The notes beneath the pieces are model-generated. The model did not search any database, was not told where the DNA came from, and saw only the letters and a list, made by a program, of their open reading frames with translations. A DNA stretch of 64,000 nucleotides, taken from assembly GCA_964016885.1 (NCBI GenBank), contig OZ024762.1, positions 18,910,001 to 18,974,000 on the forward strand, written 5' to 3'. Within the stretch, counting starts at the first letter, position 1, and each line of letters opens with the position of its first letter. The DNA is from Eledone cirrhosa. Taxonomy: Eukaryota. The position numbers and the translations under genes are program-made. Shown piece after piece: positions 27,143-39,800 of the stretch.

Positions 27143-27750
27143 TATGTCAGGTCACCAGTTGGTGCTACTGGTAACATGTATCCCAGTACAACCTGTCTCA
27201 TGGTCGGGTCGTTGGCGACTAAACTGGCAACCCCACCAAGGTTTCTTGGTGAGGAGGGTGACTTTGGACATCCTGCAGGACTAAAAACAAAACCTGTCAA
27301 AGGGCAAAGGAGCTCTTAAGAGTCAATGGCCATCCAAAATCACCGGGAGAGATGACCCCTTAGCCTTTGTCAAGGCAGAATTCTAGGAGAAGGAAAACTC
27401 TGATATAACACCTGCAACCCTGATGGTATCCAATGATGTTGTTCTTCTTTTTGGTAAATATCATCTTGGTTAAGAGAGTGGGACTGGCTTTGTGCAGTGC
27501 TTTTGCTCACTATAAAAGCTTCACGGCACAGGCATTGCTTTATATCTGGATATCTCTCTGCACTTGTCGTCACATGGTACCATGGGCTCAGCACTATGTG
27601 TAAATAATTGTCACATGTGTAGTGTTTGTACCAGAGTTTTCAAGTCGCTGGCTGGACTAAAAAGTCACACTTGTTCAGCGCATCGGTAGGGGTTCTCCTA
27701 CATGGATATAAGGTAGTGGCCGTACTTGAAAACGAGTTGGCAGCCACCAT
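27143..27750 (+). mobile_element. Second copy of the bipartite RTE element
   Basis: Collinear and highly similar to 23872-24488; finger HMCSVCTRVFKSLAGLKSHTCSAHR* at 27612-27689. Confidence 0.7.
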
Positions 27751-28514
27751 ATATACATGTATACATATGTATGTATGTATATGCGCGTGGCCATAGAAAT
27801 AATCGGGCTGGATACCCGATCGCGTGGTTAAACCACTGGGAGTGAAGGACCCCTAGCCTTTGTCAGGGCATTCTTCTAAGAGAAGGCAACTAAGGAAACT
27901 GGGAAAACTCCGACATAAAACCTGCAGTTCAGTAGTTACCGATGATGTTTCGGGTTATAGCTACTGTCGCCCAGAGAGTGGGATTGGCTCAGTGCACAGT
28001 CTTTCCTCACTTTAAAAAAAAAAATCTTCACGCACAGGCATTGCACGATAGCATTAATTAATTAATAATTATTAATAACGTTATAATGTTTATAATGTTA
28101 TAATGTTAATTAATAATTATTAATAATGTTATAATTATTAATAACGTGAAATGGCTATACTCGATAACGAGGGGGCGGCCATCATATATATATGTGAATG
28201 TGTTCGTGTGTATATGTATGTATGTATATATGTACATGTGTGCGTGTACAAGTACCCTTAACTCATGATGGAATGATGGAGTCGTAGGGGCGCGGCGAGA
28301 GCAGGTCAAATATAACCGATTTCGTCAGAGAATGAGAGAGAGGGAGAGAGAGACAGACGGGAGTATGAATCACTTACCCCAGGGCTAGACAGGACTGGTA
28401 CATTTAATTTCATTGTTCTCTGGTGGTGTGTATGTGTGTGTGTGTGGGGGGGGGGGTTACTGTCCTCAAAAGGATGAGAGACAAAATTGGCCACGGCGGG
28501 ATTTAAATTCAGAG

Positions 28515-29078
28515 CAGAGTTTTGGGAGTAATGTTACTCGATGTACGTATGTCGGAGGTCAGAGAGAGTCACTCCAGGTAGATCCCCTACTTCTCCAAAT
28601 TGAGAGATTATATTACGGACATGTGGTTAGAATATCTTAGGAAAAAAATCGTTGGAAAGGTTTTAGAGTCAAAACCAACCGGCAGGAGACCCAAGAGTAG
28701 ACTCCGAACAATATGGTTGGATAGTATTCATAAGTTTGGCTGGTCTTACTTTGGCATCTGACCGGATCAGTTGAAGACGGCTGCTTCTGATAGGACTCGT
28801 AGGAATGAGTCTTTGAGGACTCCCCTCCCTCCCCCCTCTCCCCACAAACGTCCCTCTCAGAAATAGGTGGGCGAAGAAGAAGAAGAAGAAACCTCGAGCA
28901 AGATGGTTGGATAACATTCATGAGCTTGGCTGGGCCTCACTTAGGAATCCAGCCGGATCAGTTGAATACGGCTACTTCTGAAAGGACTCGTAGGAATGAG
29001 TGTTTGAGGACTCCCCCGCCCTCCTCTCCCCACACACGTCCCTCTCAGAAATAGGTGGGCGAAGAAGAAGAAGAGGAG
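28515..29078 (+). mobile_element. RTE (Expander-like) 3' fragment with tandemly duplicated 3' end
   Basis: LLQIERLYYGHVVRI motif; ggatcagttgaa...ctctcagaaataggtgggcgaagaagaag occurs twice (ending near 28890 and 29075). Confidence 0.8.
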
Positions 29079-29324
29079 AGTCAGAATGATTAGTACAAAG
29101 CAATCTACCCGACTTTCTAAAGACTTCCCCCTTTTACCGCATGACGTGAAATATTTGTGGCTAAAATTAAAAAAATTATCCTTCTCGAACGAATGTCATG
29201 ATTCTTTTTTCTAATTCAATTTTCCTATTTAATTATTATCATTATTATTGTCAGCGTGGCTTTTTTAATGAGCTTTCTCCACGAATGTCACTCGGAAGTC
29301 TCCCCCCCCCCCCCCCCCCCCCCC

Positions 29325-29755
29325 TATAGGGGAATTTTTCATTGTTTCCTTTTTGTTACATCCTCTGTTTTTGTTTTATTTTACACGCTGAAATGCCTAT
29401 TTGTACCGTCCTGTATTGTCCTTAATGTTTTACTTTGTGTAAACCCTTGTGGTTAATAAAGAAAGCATTATTAGAGAGATCGCTTGCCCTGGTGGTCAGG
29501 GTGACCGTGGTTTTTTGTGTGGTTTTCGCCACGAGTAACCCTCGGAGGTTTCCCCCCTATTGGGGAATTTTTCATTGTTTCAATTTTCATTTTTATTGTT
29601 TATATATATATATATGTTTCTATGACTTTTTTCTTTTTTTATATAAATAATAAAAATCTTTACACGCACAAAACCCACATCGTACCGTCCTGTACCGCCC
29701 TGTGCCATCTGTAATGTTTTTCTTGATGTCAGCCCTTGTAGCCAATAAAGAAATC
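29325..29755 (+). mobile_element. Two Tx1-like 3' UTR fragments
   Basis: cccctat.ggggaatttttcattg...cccttgt(g/a)g..aataaagaaa occurs twice and matches the tail at 26225-26353. Confidence 0.65.
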
Positions 29756-29782
29756 ATCATTATTATTATTATTATTATTATT

Positions 29783-29937
29783 GTATTACTGGTACTTTAT
29801 TTTATCGACCCCGTAAGGATGAAAGGTAAAGTTAATCCCGCCGAGGTTAACTTTACCTTTCATCCTTACGGGGTCGATAAAATAAAGTACCAGTAATACA
29901 CTGGGAAAATTGCTGGCCTTGTGCCTAACGTAGAAAC

Positions 29938-29968
<31 letters not shown>

Positions 29969-30005
29969 GTTATTCTGGCCTTGTGCCTAAAGTAGAAACA
30001 ATTAT
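29783..30005. mobile_element. Inverted (head-to-head) SINE core pair plus duplicated tail
   Basis: Minus core 29783-29834 is followed by a plus core and tail 29835-29940, then an extra tail at 29976-30002. Confidence 0.8.
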
Positions 30006-30281
30006 TATTACGAAGCAGCATTTTGCACCAAATACCTCGTAAATCGTTCTGGATTCCTCTGTGTATTATCAATTATGTTTTTACCATAATGAGAGCTTTG
30101 CGGGGTGGCAATGGCGTTCTGCTAAGGACCCTCGTTCGAATTTTTGATGGATAGCAATCCCGAGTTAAATGAATACCACCAAGATTTATAATGAGATGTT
30201 TATGGAGAGCTTGTGACGTCTTTACAAGAAGATGACTCCACTTCAATAATTTATTGCAGTTCAGACTAAAATGAATCACGT

Positions 30282-31045
30282 ATCACCATCATCATCATCA
30301 TCGTCAACAAGATTAGTCGTCATCATCAACATCATCATCATCATTACCTTCACCTTAATAATCATCATCAACATCATCATGGTCATCAATAACATTATCA
30401 TCATCATCATCATCAACAACATCGTTTTTATCATCATCATTAATAATCATCATCTTTATCGTCACCGCCATCATGATCATCATCACCACCAGCACCATCA
30501 CCACCACCACCACCATCGTCACCACCTCCACCATCACCACCACCACCATCGTCACCATTACCACCACCACCACCATCACCACCACCACCACCACCACCAT
30601 CGTCACCATTACTACCACCACCATCACCACCACCACCACCATCGTCACCACCACCACCACCATCGTCACCATTACCACCATCACCATCACCACCACCACC
30701 ACCACCACCACCATTACCACCACCACCATCACCACCACCACCACCACCATCGTCACCATTACCACCACTACCACCACCACCACCACCACCACTACCACTA
30801 CCACTACTACCACCATCACCACTACTACCACCATCACCACTACTACCACTACCACCACCATCATCATCATCATCATCACCATCTTTATTGTCACCACCAC
30901 CACCACCACTACCACCACCACCACCACGACCACAACCACAACCACCACCACCGCCACCGCCACCATCATCATCATCACCATCTTTATTGTCACCGCCACC
31001 GCCACCACCATCATCATAACCACCACCACCACCATTATCATCATC

Positions 31046-31079
<34 letters not shown>

Positions 31080-31269
31080 TCATCACTATCTTTATTGTCA
31101 CCACCACCACCACCACCATCATTATTGCTATTATTATTTATGTTATTCTCATTACCACCATCATCATCATCATTCTTATTATTTTTGCTATTGTTATTAT
31201 TCGGATTCTTGTTCTTCTCATCAACGCCATCACCATCACCCTTATTACTATCATTATTATTATTATTAC

Positions 31270-31302
<33 letters not shown>
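30282..31302. repeat. Compound (CAT)n/(CAC)n/(TAT)n trinucleotide array
   Basis: Direct inspection; gives poly-His, poly-Thr and poly-Val ORFs. Confidence 0.95.
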
Positions 31303-31478
31303 GGTTTTTCTGCCAATAATTAGTCTAGTGTTTAAGTGATTGCCTGGAACTGACACATTCTCGCTAATTGAAAGCTTCTGTGATTGTGGAAGAGTTGTCG
31401 TCACTTTACAGTTGATGTGCAAAGATTTGGTTTTGGGGGAGTCAAACAAACTAGACCCTTACGTGGTCAAACGATCTC

Positions 31479-33345
31479 TTGCCTTCTTCTTTGCCTTCTT
31501 CTTTGCCTTCTTCTTTGCCTTCTTCTTTGCCTTCTTCTTCCCCTTCTTTACATTCTTCTTCTTCTTTTTCTTCTTTTTCTTCTTCTTTGCCTTTTTCTTC
31601 TCCGTTGCCTTTTTCTCCTCCGTTGCCTTTTTCTTCTCCGTTGCCTTTTTCTTCTTCGTTGCCTCTTTCTTCTTCGTTGCCTCTTTCTTCTTCGTTGCCT
31701 CTTTCTTCTCCGTTGCCTTTTTCTTCTCCGTTGCCTTTTTCTTCTCCGTTGCCTTTTTCTTCTTCGTTGCCTTTTTCTTCTTCGTTGCCTTCTTCTTCTC
31801 CGTTGCCTTTTTCTTCTTCGTTGCCTTTTTCTTCTTCGTTGCCTTCTTCTTCTCCGTTGCCTTCTTCTTCTCCGTTGCCTTTTTCTTCTCCGTTGCCTTC
31901 TTCTTCTCCGTTGCCTTTTTCTTCTTCGTTGCCTTTTTCTTCTCCGTTGCCTTCTTCTTCTCCGTTGCCTTCTTCTTCTCCGTTGCCTTTTTCTTCTCCG
32001 TTGCCTTCTTCTTCTCCGTTGCCTTCTTCTTCTCCGTTGCCTTTTTCTTCTTAGTTGCCTCTTTCTTCTTCGTTGCCTCTTTCTTCTTCGTTGCCTCTTT
32101 CTTCTTCGTTGCCTTCTTCTTCTCCGTTGCCTTTTTCTTCTCCGTTGCCTTTTTCTTCTCCGTTGCCTTTTTCTTCTCCGTTGCCTTTTTCTTCTTCGTT
32201 GCCTTTTTCTTCTCCGTTGCCTTTTTCTTCTTCGTTGCCTTTTTCTTCTTCGTTGCCTTTTTCTTCTTCGTTGCCTTCTTCTTCTCCGTTGCCTTTTTCT
32301 TCTTCGTTGCCTTTTTCTTCTTCGTTGCCTTCTTCTTCTCCGTTGCCTTTTTCTTCTCCGTTGCCTTTTTCTTCTCCGTTGCCTTTTTCTTCTTCGTTGC
32401 CTTTTTCTTCTTCGTTGCCTCTTTCTTCTTCGTTGCCTCTTTCTTCTTCGTTGCCTCTTTCTTCTTCGTTGCCTTTTTCTTCTCCGTTGCCTTTTTCTTC
32501 TCCGTTGCCTTTTTCTTCTCCGTTGCCTTCTTCTTCTCCGTTGCCTTCTTCTTCTCCGTTGCCTTCTTCTTCTCCGTTGCCTTTTTCTTCTCCGTTGCCC
32601 TTTTCTTCTCCGTTGCCTTTTTCTTCTTCGTTGCCTTTTTCTTCTTCGTTGCCTTCTTCTTCTCCGTTGCCTTTTTCTTCTTCGTTGCCTTTTTCTTCTT
32701 CGTTGCCTTCTTCTTCTCCGTTGCCTTTTTCTTCTCCGTTGCCTTTTTCTTCTCCGTTGCCTTCTTCTTCTCCGTTGCCTTTTTCTTCTCCGTTGCCTCT
32801 TTCTTCTTCGTTGCATTCTTCTTCTCCGTTGCCTTTTTCTTCTCCGTTGCCTTTTTCTTCTCCGTTGCCTTCTTCTTCTCCGTTGCCTTCTTCTTCTCCG
32901 TTGCCTTCTTCTTCTCCGTTGCCTTCTTCTTCTCCGTTGCCTTTTTCTTCTCCGTTGCCCTTTTCTTCTCCGTTGCCTTTTTCTTCTTCGTTGCCTTTTT
33001 CTTCTTCGTTGCCTTCTTCTTCTCCGTTGCCTTTTTCTTCTTCGTTGCCTTTTTCTTCTCCGTTGCCTTTTTCTTCTCCGTTGCCTTTTTCTTCTCCGTT
33101 GCCTTTTTCTTCTCCGTTGCCTTTTTCTTCTCCGTTGCCCTTTTCTTCTCCGTTGCCTTTTTCTTCTCCGTTGCCTTTTTCTTCTCCGTTGCCTTCTTCT
33201 TCTCCGTTGCCTTTTTCTTCTCCGTTGCCTTTTTCTTCTTCGTTGCCTTCTTCTTCTTCGCCATCTTCTTTTTCTTTGCCTTTTTCTTCTACGTTGCCTT
33301 CTTCTTCTTCTTCTTCTTCTTCTTCTTCTTCTTCTTCTTCTTCTC
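31479..33345. repeat. 18-bp minisatellite (cgttgcctttttcttctc, ~92 units) grading into (TTC)n
   Basis: Regular 18-bp period from about 31603 to 33260, with 12-bp units on the left and pure (ttc)n on the right. Confidence 0.95.
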
Positions 33346-33437
33346 CACCCACTTGTTCATGAGAGGGTCATGATAGCAGAGTCCTCAAGCTCTCCTTGCA
33401 GCAGGTCCTATCAGAAGTATCCGCCCCAACTGATCCA
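33346..33437 (-). mobile_element. RTE (Expander-like) LINE extreme 3' end
   Basis: Minus strand ggatcagttgg...cttctgataggac...ttgaggactctgct..atgaccctctca..aagtgggtggagaagaag aligns by eye with 23525-23640 and 28765-28890. Confidence 0.8.
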
Positions 33438-33670
33438 TATAGAAGTGGGTGTCAGAACTCTATCAAATCACAATCTATCGCAGCTCTAAAATGTTTTGGG
33501 ACCCCCTGAGCCTTTGACCCCGCCATAATATCTCTCTTCTCTTGAGTCAGCCCTCCATCACAGGTGGAGCACTCAATGGCTAGCCTATACGCGGGTCCTC
33601 ACACCTGTATACTCGTAGCTTTCTCCGTTAACTGGAGCTATTGTGGTAACCAATTGTTGAATTAATTGTT

Positions 33671-33845
33671 GATCATCTGTGAAGCCACTGGTGTTCACGA
33701 CACGGAGGTCATCTAATTAAACTGGTGATCATCTGTGAAGCCACTGGTGTTCACGACACCGAGGTCATCTAATTAAACTGGTGATCATCTGTGAAGCCAC
33801 TGGTGTTCACGACACCGAGGTCATCTAATTAAACTGCTGATCATC
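33671..33845. repeat. 56-bp tandem repeat, 3 copies
   Basis: gatcatctgtgaagccactggtgttcacgacaccgaggtcatctaattaaactggt starting at 33671, 33727 and 33783. Confidence 0.95.
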
Positions 33846-33898
33846 GCATGAGCTACTGCTTATTATGAGACAAGCAGGATTTTTATCAAGGCTTACTC

Positions 33899-36800
33899 CT
33901 CTAGATCTGGCCTGTTCTGCTAGATATCCTATGACAGCCATATCATAGACTCTAGATCTGACCTGTTCTGCTAGATATCCTATGACAGCCATACCAGAGA
34001 CTCTAGATCTGACCTGTTCTGCTAGATATCCTATGACAGCCATATCAGAGGCTCTAAATCTGACCTGTTCTGCTAGATATCCTATGACAGCCATACCAGA
34101 GACTCTAGATCTGACCTGTTCTGCTAGATATCCTATTACAGCCCTATCAGAGGCTCTAAATCTGACCTGTTCTGCTAGATATCCTATGACAGCCATACCA
34201 GAGACTCTAGATCTGACCTGTTCTGCTAGACTATCCTATGACAGCCATACCAGAGACTCTAGATCTGACCTGTTCTACTAGACTATCCTATGACAGCCAC
34301 ATCAGAGACTCTAGATCTGACCTGTTCTGCTAGATATCCTATGACAGCCATATCAGAGATTCTAGATCTGACCTGTTCTGCTAGATTATCCTATGACAGC
34401 CATATCATAGACTCTAGATCTGACCTGTTCTGCTAGATATCCTATGACAGCCATATCAGAGACACTAGATCTGACCTGTTCTGCTAGACTATCCTATGAC
34501 AGCCATATCAGAGACTCTAGATCTGACCTGTTCTGCTAGACTATCCTATGACAGCCCTATCAGAGACTCTAGATCTGACCTGTTCTACTAGACTATCCTA
34601 TGACAGCCACATCAGAGACTCTAGATCTGACCTGTTCTGCTAGATTATCCTATGACAGCCATATCATAGAATCTAGATCTGACCTGTTCTGCTAGACTAT
34701 CCTATGATAGTTACATGAGAGACTCTAGATCTGACCTGTTCTGCTAGACTATCCTATGACAGCCATATCTGAGACTCTAGATCTGACCTGTTCTGCTAGA
34801 CTATCCTATGACAGCCATACCAGAGACTCTAGATCTGACCTGTTCTACTAGACTATCCTATGACAGCCATATCAGAGACTCTAGATCTGACCTGTTCTGC
34901 TAGATATCCTATGACAGCCATATCAGAGACTCTAGATCTGACCTGTTCTGCTAGATTATCCTATGACAGCCATATCATAGACTCTAGATCTGACCTGTTC
35001 TGCTAGACTATCCTATGATAGTTACATGAGAGACTCTAGATCTGACTCTGACCTGTTCTGCTAGATTATCCTATGACAGCCATATCATAGACTCTAGATC
35101 TGACCTGTTCTGCTAGATATCCTATGACAGCCATATCATAGACTCTAGATCTGACCTGTTCTGCTAGACTATCCTATGATAGTTACATGAGAGACTCTAG
35201 ATCTGACCTGTTCTGCTAGACTATCCTATGACAGCCATATCAGAGACTCTAAATCTGACCTGTTCTGCTAGACTATCCTATGACAGCCATACCAGAGACT
35301 CTAGATCTGACCTGTTCTGTTAGATTATCCTACGACAGCCATATCATAGACTCTAGATCTGACCTGTTCTGCTAGATATCCTATGACAGCCATATCATAG
35401 ACTCTAGATCTGACCTGTTCTGCTAGATATCCTATGACAGCCATATCATAGACTCTAGATCTGACCTGTTCTGCTAGACTATCCTATGATAGTTACATGA
35501 GAGACTCTAGATCTGACCTGTTCTGCTAGACTATCCTATGACAGCCATATCAGAGACTCTAAATCTGACCTGTTCTGCTAGACTATCCTATGACAGCCAT
35601 ACCAGAGACTCTAGATCTGACCTGTTCTGCTAGATTATCCTACGACAGCCATATCATAGACTCTAGATCTGACCTGTTCTGCTAGATATCCTATGACAGC
35701 CATATCATAGACTCTAGATCTGACCTGTTCTGCTAGACTATCCTATGATAGTTACATGAGAGACTCTAGATCTGACCTGTTCTGCTAGACTATCCTATGA
35801 CAGCCATATCTGAGACTCTAGATCTGACCTGTTCTGCTAGACTATCCTATGACAGCCATACCAGAGACTCTAGATCTGACCTGTTCTACTAGACTATCCT
35901 ATGACAGCCACATCAGAGACTCTAGATCTGACCTGTTCTGCTAGACTATCCTATGACAGCCATATCAGAGGCTCTAGATCTGACCTGTTCTGCTAGATTA
36001 TCCTATGACAGCCATATCATAGACTCTAGATCTGACCTGTTCTGCTAGACTATCCTATGACAGTTACATGAGAGACTCTAGATCTGACCTGTTCTGCTAG
36101 ATTATCCTATGACAGCCATATCATAGACTCTAGATCTGACCTGTTCTGCTAGACTATCCTATGATAGTTACATGAGAGACTCTAGATCTGACCTGTTCTG
36201 CTAGACTATCCTATGACAGCCATATCTGAGACTCTAGATCTGACCTGTTCTGCTAGACTATCCTATGACAGCCATATCTGAGACTCTAGATCTGACCTGT
36301 TCTGCTAGACTATCCTATGATAGCCACATCAGAGCCTCTAGATCTGACCTATTGTGCTAGACTATCCTATGACAGCCATATCAGAGACTCTAGATCTGGC
36401 CTGTTCTGTTAGACTATCCTATGATAGCCATATCAGAGACTCTAGATCTGACCTGTTCTGCTAGACTATCCTATGACAGCCATATCAGAGACTCTAGATC
36501 TGACCTGTTCTGCTAGACTATCCTATGACAGCCCTATCAGAGGCTCTAGATCTGACCTGTTCTGCTAGACTATCCTATGACAGCCATACCAGAGACTCTA
36601 GATCTGACCTGTTCTGCTAGATTATCCTATGACAGCCATATCAGAGACTCTAGATCTAACTTGTTCTGCTAGACTATCCTATGACAGCCATATCAGAGAC
36701 TCTAGATCTGACCTGTTCTGCTAGACTATCCTATGACAGCCCTATCAGAGACTCTAGATCTGACCTGTTCTGCTAGACTATCCTATGACAGCCATATCAG

Positions 36801-39800
36801 AGACTCTAGATCTGACCTGTTCTGTTAGACTATCCTATGACAGCCATATCAGAGACTCTAGATCTGACCTGTTCTGTTAGACTATCCTATGGTAGCCATA
36901 TCAGAGACTCTAGATCTGACCTGTTCTGCTAGACTATCCTATGACAGCCCTATCAGAGACTCTAGATCTGACCTGTTCTGCTAGACTATCCTATGACAGC
37001 CATATCAGAGACTCTAGATCTGACCTGTTCTGCTAGACTATCCTATGACAGCCCTATCAGAGGCTCTAGATCTGACCTGTTCTGCTAGATATCCTATGAC
37101 AGCCATACCAGAGACTCTAGGTCTGACCTGTTCTGCTAGACTATCCTATGACAGCCATATCTGAGACTCTAGATCTGACCTGTTCTGCTAGACTATCCTA
37201 TGACAGCCATATCTGAGACTCTAGATCTGACCTGTTCTGCTAGACTATCCTATGACAGCCATATCAGAGGCTCTAGATCTGGCCTGTTCTTCTAGATATC
37301 CTATGACAGCCATATCAGAGGCTCTAGATCTGGCCTGTTCTGCTAGACTATCCTATGACAGCCATATCAGAGACTCTAGATCTGACCTGTTCTGCTAGAT
37401 ATCCTATGACAGCCACATCAGAGACTCTAGGTCTGACTTGTTCTGCTAGACTATCCTATGACAGCCATATCTGAGACTCTAGATCTGACCTGTTCTGCTA
37501 GACTATCCTATGATAGCCACATCAGAGCCTCTAGATCTGACCTATTGTGCTAGACTATCCTATGACAGCCATATCAGAGACTCTAGATCTGGCCTGTTCT
37601 GTTAGACTATCCTATGATAGCCATATCAGAGACTCTAGATCTGACCTGTTCTGCTAGACTATCCTATGACAGCCATATCAGAGACTCTAGATCTGACCTG
37701 TTCTGCTAGACTATCCTATGACAGCCCTATCAGAGGCTCTAGATCTGACCTGTTCTGCTAGACTATCCTATGACAGCCATACCAGAGACTCTAGATCTGA
37801 CCTGTTCTGCTAGATTATCCTACGACAGCCATATCATAGACTCTAGATCTGACCTGTTCTGCTAGATATCCTATGACAGCCATATCATAGACTCTAGATC
37901 TGACCTGTTCTGCTAGACTATCCTATGACAGCCATACCAGAGACTCTAGATCTGACCTGTTCTGCTAGATTATCCTACGACAGCCATATCATAGACTCTA
38001 GATCTGACCTGTTCTGCTAGATATCCTATGACAGCCATATCATAGACTCTAGATCTGACCTGTTCTGCTAGATATCCTATGACAGCCATATCATAGACTC
38101 TAGATCTGACCTGTTCTGCTAGACTATCCTATGATAGTTACATGAGAGACTCTAGATCTGACCTGTTCTGCTAGACTATCCTATGACAGCCATATCAGAG
38201 ACTCTAAATCTGACCTGTTCTGCTAGACTATCCTATGACAGCCATACCAGAGACTCTAGATCTGACCTGTTCTGCTAGATTATCCTACGACAGCCATATC
38301 ATAGACTCTAGATCTGACCTGTTCTGCTAGATATCCTATGACAGCCATATCATAGACTCTAGATCTGACCTGTTCTGCTAGATATCCTATGACAGCCATA
38401 TCATAGACTCTAGATCTGACCTGTTCTGCTAGACTATCCTATGATAGTTACATGAGAGACTCTAGATCTGACCTGTTCTGCTAGACTATCCTATGACAGC
38501 CATATCAGAGACTCTAAATCTGACCTGTTCTGCTAGACTATCCTATGACAGCCATACCAGAGACTCTAGATCTGACCTGTTCTGCTAGATTATCCTACGA
38601 CAGCCATATCATAGACTCTAGATCTGACCTGTTCTGCTAGATATCCTATGACAGCCATATCATAGACTCTAGATCTGACCTGTTCTGCTAGACTATCCTA
38701 TGATAGTTACATGAGAGACTCTAGATCTGACCTGTTCTGCTAGACTATCCTATGACAGCCATATCTGAGACTCTAGATCTGACCTGTTCTGCTAGACTAT
38801 CCTATGACAGCCATACCAGAGACTCTAGATCTGACCTGTTCTACTAGACTATCCTATGACAGCCACATCAGAGACTCTAGATCTGACCTGTTCTGCTAGA
38901 CTATCCTATGACAGCCATATCAGAGGCTCTAGATCTGACCTGTTCTGCTAGATTATCCTATGACAGCCATATCATAGACTCTAGATCTGACCTGTTCTGC
39001 TAGACTATCCTATGACAGTTACATGAGAGACTCTAGATCTGACCTGTTCTGCTAGATTATCCTATGACAGCCATATCATAGACTCTAGATCTGACCTGTT
39101 CTGCTAGACTATCCTATGATAGTTACATGAGAGACTCTAGATCTGACCTGTTCTGCTAGACTATCCTATGACAGCCATATCTGAGACTCTAGATCTGACC
39201 TGTTCTGCTAGACTATCCTATGACAGCCATATCTGAGACTCTAGATCTGACCTGTTCTGCTAGACTATCCTATGATAGCCACATCAGAGCCTCTAGATCT
39301 GACCTATTGTGCTAGACTATCCTATGACAGCCATATCAGAGACTCTAGATCTGGCCTGTTCTGTTAGACTATCCTATGATAGCCATATCAGAGACTCTAG
39401 ATCTGACCTGTTCTGCTAGACTATCCTATGACAGCCATATCAGAGACTCTAGATCTGACCTGTTCTGCTAGACTATCCTATGACAGCCCTATCAGAGGCT
39501 CTAGATCTGACCTGTTCTGCTAGACTATCCTATGACAGCCATACCAGAGACTCTAGATCTGACCTGTTCTGCTAGATTATCCTATGACAGCCATATCAGA
39601 GACTCTAGATCTAACTTGTTCTGCTAGACTATCCTATGACAGCCATATCAGAGACTCTAGATCTGACCTGTTCTGCTAGACTATCCTATGACAGCCCTAT
39701 CAGAGACTCTAGATCTGACCTGTTCTGCTAGACTATCCTATGACAGCCATATCAGAGACTCTAGATCTGACCTGTTCTGTTAGACTATCCTATGGTAGCC

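Noticed and set aside
30271-31339. His-rich or mucin-like ORFs
   Set aside because: Translations of a CAC/CAT microsatellite.
31340-31470. C2-domain-like peptide VTLQLMCKDLVLGESNKLDPYVV
   Set aside because: Short resemblance only, with no convincing splice donor and no partner exons.
31459-33264. Histone H1 or protamine-like gene
   Set aside because: No globular domain; most frames are open; the repeat derives from a LINE tail. Kept only as a hypothesis.
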